A stretch of 64,000 bases of DNA from Eledone cirrhosa. Its lineage: Eukaryota. The stretch is from assembly GCA_964016885.1 (NCBI GenBank), contig OZ024759.1, forward strand, positions 19,096,001-19,160,000, read 5' to 3'. The notes beneath the pieces were generated by a model. That model was not told the origin of the DNA. It made no database searches and saw only the letters and a list, made by a program, of their open reading frames with translations. The position numbers were made by a program, and so were the translations under genes. Every line of letters starts with the position of its first letter. Within the stretch, counting starts at the first letter, position 1. Below, in pieces: positions 39,182-52,111 of this stretch.

Positions 39182-40259
39182 TTTGAGGGCCTTCTCTAAA
39201 AAATTTGAGTAGAGAAATTTTTAATAATCAAACAAGATTATTATTTTATATATATTTAGGGCGGTGAATTGGCAGTATCGGTAGAGGGTTGGATTATGCT
39301 TTCCAGCATAGTTATGTCCCTTTACGATCTGAGTTCAATTCCCGCCGAGGCTAACTTTGCCTTTCATCCTTACAGGGTCGATAAAATAAAGTACCAGTAA
39401 TGTACTGGGATAATTGCTGGCCTTGTGCCAAAAAGTAGAAACAATTATTTTGTATATATTTGAAAAAGCAAAACATACCTGAGGAATGCAGAGTCGAGTT
39501 CAATCTGTAACAGATCCTGCCTTGAGCTGATCGTCGAAGATGTTAATAAATATGCTGTAAATAATATGTTAATAAATTATATTTTGATGCATTAGTGATT
39601 CCTCGTTAACTATAATAATTGTTTCTACTTTTGGCACAAGGCCAGCAAATTACCCAGTACATTACTGGTACCTTATTCTATCGACCCTGTAAGGATGAAA
39701 GGCAAAGTTGACCTCGGCGGGATTTGAACTCAGAATGGAAAGGGCCGTAACTCTATGCGTCAAAGCATGGCGTGCAACTCTCTACCGATACTGCCAATCC
39801 ACCAATAATATACTCTGCTCTGTACGAGCATCGAGTGCTCAAACGGCCTACCGCCTACGGACACATTTAATTGCAGCCATACAACAACTATATATATTTA
39901 ATTTTTAATGTCTTTGTATTAAAAATGTTTAAAAAACATTTTAAAAATGAGGTCTTCGGAGGTGTGTGGCCCTAAGCTATAGCTTATACAGTTTATATCC
40001 AGCACTGCAAACTGCTCTCTGTAGCTGCTTCACTCTGATAACAACATATTTGTAAAATGAATGGATATCACTTTGTCTATTTGCCTAACACACTCATTAA
40101 CCTTTGATTGATGTCTCATAAATGAAAAAGGTCATGCAACTGAAATCAATTCATTACACTAAAGCGTGTCTAAGATAACCGATTTTCTCTTCACAGAATG
40201 GCTTCAAATTAACCTATACAATTCGATAAATTAACATTGTCACTCAGTGTGAATTTATA

Positions 40260-42140
40260 ATAATGGCTTCTTAAACAGGCACAAGGCCAGCAATTTGGGG
40301 GGAGGGGAAAGTCGATTAAACCGACCCCAGTGCGTGACTGGTACTTTATTTTACCGAACCCGTAAGAATGAAAGGCAAAGTTAACCTGGGCGGAATTTGA
40401 ACTCAGATCATAAAGGGCCGTAACTCTATGTTGCAAAGCATGGTATCTGACCGTCCGCCGATACTGCCAATCCATTTTATAATAATTGTTTCTACTTTAG
40501 GCACAAGGCCAGCAATTACCCAGTGCATTACTGGTACTTTATTTTATCGACCCCGTAAGGATGAAAGGCAAAGTCAACCTCGGCGGGATTTGAACTCAGA
40601 TCGTAAAGGGACGTAACTATGCTGGAAAGCATGGCGTCCAACCCTCTACCAATACTGCCAATCCACCGCCTAATTTAGGCACAAGGCCAACAATTTTGAG
40701 AAGAGTGAAAGTCGATGAAAGTCAACACCAGTACATTACCGGTGCTTTATTTTATCGAACCCGTAACGATGAAAAGCAAATCTAACCTCGGCGGGATGCC
40801 ATAAAGCCTATTGTCCGATTCTACTGCCAATCTACCGTCCATAGCGAGAATTTATAATAATGGTTTCTGATTTAGACCCAAGGCCAACAGATTTGAGGAG
40901 AGGCAAAGTCGATGAAATCAACCCCAGTGTATTACTGGTGCTTTATTATTATAGTGATACCCGTAACGATAAAAAAGAAGGTGGATCTCGGGGGAATTTG
41001 AATACACAATCATCATCATCATCATCATCATTTCATTTTACGTCCGCTTTTTCCCTGCTTGCAAGGGTGGGACAGGAACTGATACTGGCTTGATTTCTAC
41101 AGCTGGATGCCCTTCCTAACACCAACCTCATTTACAGTGAGTGCTGGGTGCTTTTTTGCCGTGGCACCTCCACGACCACTTTACAGTGGAATGATATGGA
41201 CCCCAGTCCCTATCATCTCATTTCTACAGCTGAGTAAACTGGAGCAATGTAAAATAAAGTGTCTTGCTCAAGGAAACAACACATCACCCGGTCTGAGAAT
41301 TGAACTCACAACCTTTCGATTGCAAGGCCAATACTCTAACCACTAAGCCATGCGCCTCCATGTAAGCATTTAATTCCATCAGTCTAACGAATCTATCTAT
41401 TCCCCACTTTCTAACAATTTATAAGAATTTTAATAATAATTGTTTCTATTTTTGGCACAAGGCCAGCAATTACGACAGTGCATTACTGGTACTTTATTTT
41501 ATCGACCCCATAAGGATGAAAGGCAAAGTTAACCTCGGCGGGATTTGAACTCAGACCGTAAAGGGCCGTAACTCTATGCTGCAAAGCATGGTGACCGACC
41601 CTCTACCGATACTATCAATCCACCGCCCTTATTTTAATAATTGTTTCTACTTTTGGCACAAGGCCAGCAATTATTTCAGTGTATTACTGGTACTTTATTT
41701 TATCGACCCCGTAAGGATGAAAGGCAAAAATGGTTTCTTATATAGACAGGCACAAGGCTAGCAATTTTGGGAGAGGGGGAAGTCGATTAAATTAACCCGT
41801 GTGTGACTGGTACTTTATTTTATTGACCCCGTAAGGATGAAAGGCAAAGCTAACCACGGCGGGATTTGAACTCAGATCATGAAGGGCCATAACTCTATGC
41901 TGCAAAGCATGGTGTCCGACGCTCTATCGATACTGCTCTCCTCTATCGAATAATAATTGTTTCTACCTTTGGCACAAGGCCAGCAATTACCCAGTGTATT
42001 ACTGGTACTTTATTTTATCGACCCCGTAAGGATGAAAGGCAAAGTTAACCTCGGCGGGATTTGAACTCAGGCTATAAAGGGCCTTAACTCTTTGCTGCAA
42101 AGCATGGCGTCCGACCCTCTACCGATATTGCCAATCCACC
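40260..42140 (-). mobile_element. Same-orientation array of about 8 family-1 SINEs plus one family-2 SINE (41010-41359)
   Basis: Repeated TAATAATTGTTTCTACTTTTGGCACAAGGCCAGC..GGCGGGATTTGAACTCAG units. Confidence 0.9.
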
Positions 42141-42593
42141 AATCGAATAATAATGATTTATTTTCGCATACTTAAATTTCATCCCATTTACAAGGAGCAA
42201 CAGAACCATTTGTCATAAATGAATGAATGTTTAATTATGAACGCTTATTTGAAATCCTTCGAGTCTTGTTTTAGCATTAATAATCCCCCTAAACGTTTTA
42301 GTTACTAAAAGCTACAGAAAACATTGCCTTAATATTTTAATAATGAATTGTTTCTGTTGCCTTCGTTAGGCTTACGTGAACATTTAATCCTATACCACAA
42401 GCTATACGAAATATTAGGTTATTTGTCTCAGAGCAAACTAATCTCGAGTATTTGACAGTTAATATATTATTAATATATGAAAATGAAACAGCTTTTGTAT
42501 ATTCAAAAGTATAGTTACATATATAAGTTTTTGATGGTAGTAATCACTTGTATAAAGCTTTCGTTACAGTTTGGTGATTGGAGGGACTTAAGT

Positions 42594-42849
42594 ATATATA
42601 TACTGTACATGTGTATTATTATATACACTGTTTATATTATTTATAGTGTTATTATTTATACTATATTATTATATATACTGTACATGTGTATTATTATATA
42701 TACTGTTTATATTATTTATAGTATTATTATTTATACTATATTATTATATATACTGTACATGTGTATTATTATATATACTGTTTATATTATTTATAGTATT
42801 ATTATTTATACTATATTATTATATATACTGTACATGTGTATTATTATTA
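42594..42849. repeat. 75-bp minisatellite, about 3.3 units
   Basis: TACTGTACAT at 42601, 42676, 42751 and 42826. Confidence 0.95.
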
Positions 42850-43708
42850 TCGAGGTTAACTTTTCATCCTTACAGGGTTGATAAAATAAAGTACTAAAAT
42901 AAAGTACTCTCTAGGAGAGCAAGGATAAAAGGGGAGGAAAGGAGAGCAAGGATGAAAGGAGAGCAAGGAGAAAGGAGAGCAAGGATGAAAGGAGGACAAG
43001 GATAAAAGCAGAGCGAGGAGAAAAGGAGAGCAAGGAGAAAGGGGGGTAGAGGAAGTGGAGAAAGGGGGAAGGGGATGAGAGATAGTATAGGGGAGAGGGG
43101 AGGAAGGTGTGGAAATGGAGGTAGGAGATGAAGGGTGGGAAAGGGAGGAATTGGATGAGGAAGAGGAGAGGAGCATATATATATATATATATATCAGTAT
43201 GTGATTATATATATATATACAAGGTATGTGGTTGGTGTTAGGAAGGGCATCCAGCTGTAAAAAATCTGCCAGAGACACTTCCGTACGAGTGAAACACTGT
43301 CTTCTGACCATTGCCGCATAAAATGGAACAAAACCACCTAACCCATGTTAACGTGGAAGATGGACGTTAAACAATGATGATGATGATGATATATATGTAT
43401 ATATAATCTCAAAGGTAAATATTTAGATAAATAAAGATCTCCAAGCTCAATGTAATACCACAATCAGCAAGATAAGATAAATCTTATCACTATTGGTATA
43501 ATCCGACTTTTTATGAATCAAACTCGCAGTAAAGTAAATCTGACAAGTTGTATAAATGTGGTGCATCAGAAGATAGAGGTTTTTATTTTTTTTTGCCAAG
43601 AAAAGGCAAAGATAAACAATAAAAACACCATGTTTTAAAAAGATGGTCGAAAATAGAATAAATACAGGGAGAAATAAAATAATACAAAAACTTGCTCAAA
43701 CTCCATTA

Positions 43709-43762
<54 letters not shown>

Positions 43763-43763
<1 letters not shown>

Positions 43764-43959
43764 CAAAGGAAGTGTGGTAAGTAACCAAGTAGATCATAAT
43801 GCACCAAAGTACACAATACTTAGGGTAGTAGAGTGGATAATAGGAAAACACTCAGGACCCCGACGGCTGAGCTCCAGCCGTTTCAACAGCTAAGTCTGAA
43901 CTGTTCAGACTGAGCTTTCGAAATGGCCGGAGCTCAGCCGTCGGGGTCCTGACTCTTTT

Positions 43960-43963
<4 letters not shown>
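43763..43963 (-). mobile_element. Family A copy 7 (diverged); further degraded copy at 45808-45900
   Basis: Tail plus fold-back arms; (TA)n flanks. Confidence 0.8.
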
Positions 43964-44008
<45 letters not shown>

Positions 44009-44174
44009 TGTGTAAAGGTATCAATACATATTAAATATGTAACCATCGTGTTTCTAAATAATAAAGCTCATTGGACTTTAATTCAAAGCCTCAATTATAC
44101 AAGTTTAAAAGATATATATATTTAGAGAGAGGAAGGAAAAATGCATGTATCTTTTGATAAACAAAATATATCTA

Positions 44175-44518
44175 TCATCATCATCATCATCATTTTATTT
44201 TATGTCCGCTTTTCCCTGCTTGCAAGGGTGGGACGGGAACTGATTCTGGCTTGATTTCTACAGCTGGATGCCCTTCCTAACGCCAACCTCATTTACAGTG
44301 AGTGCTGGGTGCTTTTTTGCCGTGGCACCTCCACGACCACTTTACAGTGGTATGATAGGGACCCCAGTCCCTATCATCTCATTTCTACAGCTGAGTAAAC
44401 TGGAGCAATGTGAAATAAAGTGTCTTGCTCAAGGAAACAACACACCACCCGGTCTGGGAATTGAACTCATAACCTTTCGATTGCAAGGCCAATGCTCTAA
44501 CCACTAAGCCATGTGCCT
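44175..44518 (-). mobile_element. SINE family 2, full length
   Basis: Near-identical to 45984-46328. Confidence 0.9.
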
Positions 44519-44751
44519 CGATATATATATCATCATCATCATTGTTTAACGTCTATCTTCCACGCTAGCATGGGTTAGACGGGAATTGTCCCACTTGAGG
44601 CAAGATTGATCAGGTGACCGTGTTTCGCTCACATAGGACTATCTGGCAGGTTTTCTACAGCTGGATGCCCTTCCTAACACCAACCACATTTACAGTGTGG
44701 ACTGGGAGCCTTTTTACCATGTCTCCTACACAGTGATGTTTTTGATGATGA

Positions 44752-44820
<69 letters not shown>

Positions 44821-45943
44821 TGTCATCATCAACATCACTGTTTAATGTTCATTTTTCAATGCTAGCAAAGGTTAGGCGAGTTGTCCCATTTGAGACAACC
44901 CAGGTCAGGTGACCCTGTCTTTGCTCATAGAGAACTGTTTCTGTCTTGGATTCTATAGTTGGATGCCTTTCCTAATGTCAACCACACTTACAGTGTGGAC
45001 TGGGTACTTTTTATTGTGGTACTGAAACTTATATCATAGCATGTATCAAGTACATTTTGCATCATACTATGTATTGAGTACTACTCAAATATACCATAGA
45101 TAATATATATCGAAGACACCCTTTGGTCACAAATGACCATGTGACTTGCACCTAGAAAGTTTCCCTCCAAGGAACAAGTTCAGGCAAGGTTGTTTGAGGA
45201 AGACCAGCAGTCACCCATGCACATCAGCCTCCCCTCCACGCCACCAATGATGTCCAAGGGAAAGGCTATAGCCAATACAGCTTGGCTCCAGTGACCTCAC
45301 AACTCATTTCTACAGCTGAGTAAACTGGAGCAACATGAAATAAAGTGTCTTGCTCAAGGACATAACGCATCACGAAAATCAAACTCAAAAACTTTTCATT
45401 GCAAGCCCAATGCTTTAACCACTAAGCCATGAGCCTTCAATAATATTGTTTCTACTTTTGGCACAAGGCCAGCAATTACCCAGTGCATTTCTGGTACTTT
45501 ATTTTATCGATCCTGTAAGGATGAAAGGCAAAGTTAACATCGGCGGGATTTGAACTCAGATCATAAAGTGCAGATGATGCACCTTCAATAATATAAAAGA
45601 TGCTGATATTACATAAATGGCTTATTCATCATAATTATTTCAATGGTTCCCTCGTGCAACCTCAAATGTAATATCAGCATCTTTTTTATCCTTATACTGA
45701 ATCTCCATCGTAATTACACACTATGAAGGAAGAGAGCTTTCTCCTGCTTGCTCCTGCTTTTTCACAAAAACAACTTTTACTGAACACATATATATAAATG
45801 TATATATACCTGAACAGTTCGGATCTAGCTGTTGAAACGGCAGGAGCTGAGCCATCGAGGTCCCAAATCATTCATATTACCCACTCTACTACTCCAAGTG
45901 TGGTGTAACTGGATTTTACTGCATCCATTCTGATATATATATA

Positions 45944-45983
<40 letters not shown>

Positions 45984-45985
<2 letters not shown>

Positions 45986-46328
45986 GAGGCACATGGCTTA
46001 GTGGTTAGAGCACTGGGCTTGCAATCGAAAGGTTGTGAGTTCAATTCTCAGACCGGGTGATGTGTTGTTTCCTTGAGCAAGACACTTTATTTCACATTGC
46101 TCCAGTTTACTCAGCTGTAGAAATGAGATGATAGGGACTGGGGTCCCTATCATTCCACTGTAAAGTGGTCGTGGAGGTGCCACGGCAAAAAAGCACCCAG
46201 CACTCACTGTAAATGAGGTTGGTGTTAGGAAGGGCATCCAGCTGTAGAAATCAAGCCAGAATCAGTCCCCGTCCCACCCTTGCAAGCAGGGAAAAGCAGA
46301 CGTAAAATGAAATGATGATGATGATGAT
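45984..46328 (+). mobile_element. SINE family 2, full length (tRNA head, core, RTE tail)
   Basis: A box TGGCTTAGTGG, B box GAGTTCAATTCTC; tail CCCACCCTTGCAAGCAGGGAAAAGCAGACGTAAAATGA(TGA)n. Confidence 0.92.
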
Positions 46329-46560
46329 TTACTAGCCTTCCATTTGTGTATATATATATATATATACAAATGAAAGGTAGAGTTAATAACTCATACTGCT
46401 ACCCTGTAATTAACAAGCTCAACATTTGTTTGAAATATTCAACCATATATTTCAAACAAATGTGGTTCTTCAACCCTCGTAATATTAGACACACGATTTA
46501 CTGTGTTTATTACTGCATATATTATTTTATATATATATATATTGACTGACAGGAAGGTAT

Positions 46561-46603
46561 ACGATGCTGACTATAGCTAATAAGCTTGAAACTAGTTCAT
46601 TGT
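46561..46603 (+). ncRNA. Variant or decayed type I hammerhead
   Basis: ACGATG-CTGACTA-T-AGCT-AATA-AGCT-T-GAAA-CTAG-TT|CATTGT; G8 replaced by T; lies in a TA-flanked segment ~46543-46720. Confidence 0.6.
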
Positions 46604-46840
46604 TCCTTTGTCAGTATTGAACCAAAGGGCAACGATGGTTGCCGAACACTGTAAGGCGTAATTCAGGCTGTTTCTTTACAAACAAGCCGAACATTATAAT
46701 AAATGTTTGGTAAACCCATACGTACATATATATATATATGTGTGCATGTATGTATATATATATATACATACTACTATACGTCTGTCTACATATGTACGTA
46801 TACATACTTATATATATTTATATATATATATATATATATA

Positions 46841-47010
46841 ACGGAGGAAATGTGGTAAGGAACCAGGTGGACCATAACGCACCAAAGTACTCAATACTTA
46901 GGGTAGTAGAGTGGGTAATAGGAACAAGTAAGACCCCGACGGCTGAGCTCAAGCCGTTTCGACGGCTAATTCTGGCCTGCTTGAGCTCAGCCGTCGGGGT
47001 CTTACTTGTT

Positions 47011-47014
<4 letters not shown>
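46841..47014 (-). mobile_element. Family A copy 9
   Basis: Tail plus arms, with private AACAAGTAAG/CTTACTTGTT in both arms. Confidence 0.85.
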
Positions 47015-47043
<29 letters not shown>

Positions 47044-47046
<3 letters not shown>

Positions 47047-47270
47047 GGAGGTGAGTTTTATTGTAGTACAATAAAGCAATGCAGATATCGGATAAGAAGC
47101 ACTCTACAGTTTGTTGATTTAAAACTGCACTATCCACAAGTGTTTTTTAGCCTTCATATCATGTTCTCCTGTTTTATCTGATGAAAACACAAATATTATT
47201 GCATGATGATGTTTGTTTTTGAAATGTGCATAATAAAATATATGGAACTCCTTTAACCATCTTTTGATCT

Positions 47271-47272
<2 letters not shown>
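47044..47272 (+). mobile_element. Family K element (minus-strand tail-like piece plus plus-strand hammerhead arm)
   Basis: TA flanks; contains the hammerhead at 47170-47240. Confidence 0.7.
47170..47240 (+). ncRNA. Type I hammerhead ribozyme (family K)
   Basis: TGTTTTAT-CTGATGA-(long stem II)-GAAA-TGTGCA-TA|ATAAAATA. Confidence 0.78.
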
Positions 47273-47329
<57 letters not shown>

Positions 47330-48408
47330 TAAGAGAGAATAAATGAGAGAGAGAGAGCTGATCTATATATTGCAATTTGAGCATTGACTCAAGAAATTAG
47401 GTATTAATCTTCTTCATTTGTGTATCATCTGACAAGTTTTGAAATGATTAGATAAGCCGTGTATTGAAATGATTAGATAAACCCGTGTGTTGGCAGACTT
47501 ACGTCAACATAGTTATATGTTATATGATAATTAACATAAAGTGAACATGAAAGAGAAAACTGAAAGAAATACTGTAAGTAATACATTACAGTGTCAACAT
47601 CTGTACGATATCTAACTGAATAAGAAATATTCAAGATGAACACATAGTCGTCTAGTTTAACAACTTCTGATATTGCAACTTGACAGCATCGGTAGAAGAT
47701 TAGACGCCATACCAGCAGAGTTATATCCCTTTACGGTCTGAGTTCAAATTCCACCGAGGTTAACTTTGCCTTTCATCCTTATGGGGTCGATAAAATAAAG
47801 TACCATTGAAATAAAGTACCATTGTGCGAAAAGTAAAAACAATTATATATACACTATATACACCACATATACACCACATATAAACTACACTATATGATAT
47901 CCAATGGACCTTTTGGTAGCCTCTTTCAAAGAGTTTCTCCAGAATGTTCATTCCAGAGGAAATAAAGAGATATGATGTTGATTACATATAAATATACTAA
48001 GACCCACTCCCCCAGCCTATCTGGGAGGTCAGTAACTCCACTTCAATACTGACTTGGTCTATGTAGACCCAACTAACCCTTGGTAGCAGAGAAAACAGGT
48101 GTTAAATGATGGTGTTGGAGATAAAATATGGATATACTAAAATATACAATAGAAATTTAGAGATTACATATGGATATACTAAGACTCTCCCACCAATACC
48201 CCACACCCTGGCCTGTCTGGAGAAACTCTTTGAAAGAGGCTACCAAAAGGTCCATTAGATATCATATAGTGTAGTTTATATGTAGTTTATATGTGGTGTA
48301 TATAGTGTATATATAATTGTTTCTACTTTTCGCACAATGGTTTCTTCAGTACAGACTTGGTCTATGTAAACATTTCTGACCCCTGCCAGCAGGTAAAGCA
48401 TCCATTAA

Positions 48409-48866
48409 CCCTTTAGCATTTAAACCGCCCATATCCGGCCAGCATTCTCTCACCTCTTCCTGTTCAAACCAACCATAACTGGTACAGATATCTTTTATTT
48501 GACAGGAAATACTATGCTACAGATTTCTAGGAAAGTATCACATGATCTACATGACAGGTGTAAAGTAGTGTCCGAACATGGAAGAACCGAACTCCCACTA
48601 TCATCGCCTCCATCTCTCTCACCCTCCCCATCTCTCCGTATTGTAAGCAAATGGGGTCCCACGTGCTGGCCGCCCCACAGCCCTGGCAGACAGAATGGAG
48701 AAGGCATTTCCCCGGAGGATGGTTGTTCATACTGATGTTAAGGTATTGTTCTCAAAATAAATATCAAAATCTCACAGATTTGATCTTATGTGAGATAATT
48801 ATGTGAGGTAAGGCTTTAATCATGAAAATATAATAGTAAATATAGAGTAACATAAATGTTAAAGGG
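48409..48866. mobile_element. piggyBac-like MITE with nested CRE 3' fragment (48568-48720, minus)
   Basis: TIRs CCCTTTAGCATTTA / TAAATGTTAAAGGG; TTAA TSD at 48405-48408 and 48867-48870. Confidence 0.85.
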
Positions 48867-49410
48867 TTAAATGATGATGTTAGAAATGAAATGATATACT
48901 GAAATTTATAATATATTTAGACATTATATATAGATATACTGAAATTTATAATGGTATATTTAGATCTTAAATATGGATATTAGTAAAGTATATAATAGAA
49001 TATTTAGACATTATATATAGATATTAATAAGATATATAATAGAATATGTAGACATTATTATAATTATCATTATCATTCAATGTCCATTTACCACACATAG
49101 AGTAAAATATATAATAAAGAAACGTTGGCTGGTAAGAGAAGCTGAGGCCGGCATCCAAAATGTCACCTTATGGACTGTACTTGATCTTAGCACTTTAAAC
49201 TCTGCTGCTGGGGATCAAACTTTGTGGAGAAAAATATCCGCAGTCTGCAACTGGCGGAGTTTAGCGTCACAAAAGAGACATAATGAAATGTTTAGATATT
49301 ATATACGAATATACTAAAGTATATAATGAAATATTTAGATATTATATATGGATATACTAAAATATATAGAGTAAAATATATAATAAAATGTGTAGATATT
49401 ATATATGAAT

Positions 49411-49995
49411 ATGACCAAATTAACAGCGGAGGTGGGTGTTCTGAAAGTACAGTAACCAGAGTAAGAACGGGATGGAAGAAGTTCAGGGAGCTACTACCAC
49501 TGCAAGCTGCAAAAGGCTTTTCCCTCAAAATAAAAGGCAGGCTGTATGATGTGTGCATACGAACAGCAATGTTACATGGTAGTCAGACCTGGGAACTGTG
49601 TAGAAGACTTGTGTAGATTAGAAAGAAATGAAGTTTGCATGCTCCGATGAATGTGTAATAGTAATATACGCGAACAGCAAAGCATAAACGAATTGAGAGA
49701 GAGACTGAGCATAAGAGGAATCAAATGAAGTGTGCAGAAGAGGAGGTTGCATTGGTATGGACATGTGATGCATATGAAGGGTGATAGCTGCATATAAAGG
49801 TGCAGATCACTAAAAGTCGATGGAAACCTTGGAGTGTGGAGACCCAAGAAGACCTGGGATGAGGTGATAAAAGCCGACCTTGCCCAATTGCACCTCTCAA
49901 AGGCGATGACACAGGACCGTGACCTCTGGCATCATGCAGTAATACAGAAGACCTGACTTCCCACAGGTACAAGCCGAAGCTGAAGCATATAGACA
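49411..49995 (+). mobile_element. RTE LINE 3' part, decayed
   Basis: DQINSGGGCSE..RVRTGWKKFRELLPL..KGRLYDVCIRTAMLHGSQTW..RRLHWYGHV. Confidence 0.88.
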
Positions 49996-50984
49996 ATATG
50001 GCCCTACGCCCCTCCCACTGTAAAGTGGTCGTGAGGTGTCACAACAAAAAAGCACACCCAGACCACACTGTAAAGTGGCCGTGTAGACGTCACGGTAAAA
50101 AAGGACCCAGTACTCACTGTAAATGAGGTTGGTGTTAGGAAGGGCATCTAGCTGTAGAAATCAAGCCAGAATCAGTTCCCATATGAGTAAAACATGGTCA
50201 CCCGACCTGGAATTGCCCACAACAGGACAACCCATTTAACCCATGCTAGCATGGAAGAATGGACGTAAAATGGTGATGATGATGATATATTAAAATATAT
50301 AGAATAAAATATATGATAGAATATTTAGATATATATGAATATACTAAATTATTTAATAAAATATTCAAATATTATATATGAATATACTAAAATATATAAT
50401 ATAATATTTACATATTATATATAGATATACAAAGTATATATAATAAAATGGATATTAATATATTAGAATATTTACAGTGTATATATGGATACAGTAAAGT
50501 ATATAAAATATTTATTTTTCCGAATTTGAAAGTGGTTTTATTGTTTAGAATTTAGACTATTTACATTGAGAAGAATTTACAATTTTCCCCAAAATTTTAT
50601 ACAACAAATTTCAATTAATTTATGTAAGGTTTTCGTTAAAAAATATACAAGTAAAATGAATGTAGCAGTCTAATATATTATTTGTATGGAGATTATTTGT
50701 ATTGAATTTACAATATTTGTAATCAATATATGGAATGTTATCATTTAAACTAGGTAAAGTGGAGAAAGAAAATTTTATTATACTTTTATTAATAACTCTG
50801 TAGTATCTATAGTGAAGGCACATAATTTTGTTGGTTTGAGAGTTGGATTCACCATCACAAGGTTGTGAATTTGATACCCAAACTAGACTGTGTGTTGTAT
50901 CCTCGAGCAAGACATTTTGTTTTAGATTACATCAGTTCACTCAGAAAACACCTTGCCCAGGCTTCTGCCTTAGAAGAGAATTTT

Positions 50985-51602
50985 CTAGAAGAAAAAGCCT
51001 CGATCACTCATGACAGAAGAGGGTCTTCACCCTCTTTAGTAACTATGCTCAGGACAGTAGTTTTTTTTATGAAATAAGTGCAAGTATTACAGAAACTGGT
51101 GCAGTAATATGTCAGCTTCAGCATTCGATCATCAGAAGGGAGGTAAGTGTAAAAGCCAAACTCCCTATCTTCAATTCGGTATTCGTGCCAACCCTTCTCT
51201 ATGGTCATGAATCTTGGATAATGACCGAAAGAATAAGATTGTGAATACAAGCAGCTAAAATGGGATTCCTCTGAAGAGTCTTTGGAGTAACATTACTCAA
51301 TAGAGTACATAGCTCAGTGATCAGAGTGTCACTCCAGGTAGAGCCACTACTTCTTTGAATTGAGAAATCACAACTCCAATACTAGGTGCATGTGGTTAGA
51401 ATGTCTCAGGAAAGAATCGGTGGACAGATTTTACAGGCAAAAATCAACCGACAGGAGTCCCAGGGGTAGATATCAAGCAAGATGGTTGGATAACATGGCT
51501 GGTCTTGGCTGCTTCTGACAGGACCAGCTGGAAATAGTGTTTGAGGACTCTGCCCTTGTGATGTTCTCAGGAATAAGTGGGCAAAGAAGAAGAAGGAGAA
51601 GA
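50985..51602 (+). mobile_element. RTE (Rex3/Expander-like) remnant
   Basis: WIMTERIR..IQAAKMGFL..QVEPLLL*IEKSQL..HVVRMSQER, with stops; (GAA)n-like tail. Confidence 0.75.
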
Positions 51603-52111
51603 TCAAAAAATAACTTTAGAATTGTAGGCAATACCTGGATTCCATAGGAAGGATTACATCAGGTATTCTTATGTCTTCTAATTCTTTTATAAGTAGGTAC
51701 TTGAATTTTATTAGTATCATTTTGGTGAATATTATATATAGTATTAAAATACCTCAGACTGAACTTATTTTCTATAGTAAGAAAAGAGCAGTTGATTGGC
51801 AGTATTGGTAAAGAGTCGGATAACATGCTTTGTGGTATATATTTCTAGCTCTGAGTTCAATTCCAGCTGAGGTTAGCTTTGCCTTTCGTCTATACGAGAT
51901 CAATAAAATAAAGTAAGATACCGGAGCTGATATAATTGTCTTTTACCCCCAACTCCCTAAATTGTTGGCCTTGTGCCTAAATAAACCATTATAGTAGGAT
52001 TGTCTTGGTTTCTTCTCTTCCTCATTACTAAGGGTTGTGTACCATGGACAGTTGCACCAATACTAATCTATATGATTGTAGAGAATTTAATAAAAATTGA
52101 TAGACACATTT

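Noticed and set aside
41107-41346. Recurrent 79-aa ORF MPFLTPTSF.. as a gene family
   Set aside because: Antisense translation of SINE family 2
42905-43175. Purine-rich tract as a regulatory G4 or triplex element
   Set aside because: Low-complexity sequence with no functional evidence
43395-43470. Further TT-GAG tail hairpins (also 46368-46480)
   Set aside because: TTGAGC is present on the minus strand but the CTC partner is imperfect, so they were not counted
45984-46060. tRNA genes
   Set aside because: A and B boxes are present but there is no full cloverleaf; these are SINE heads
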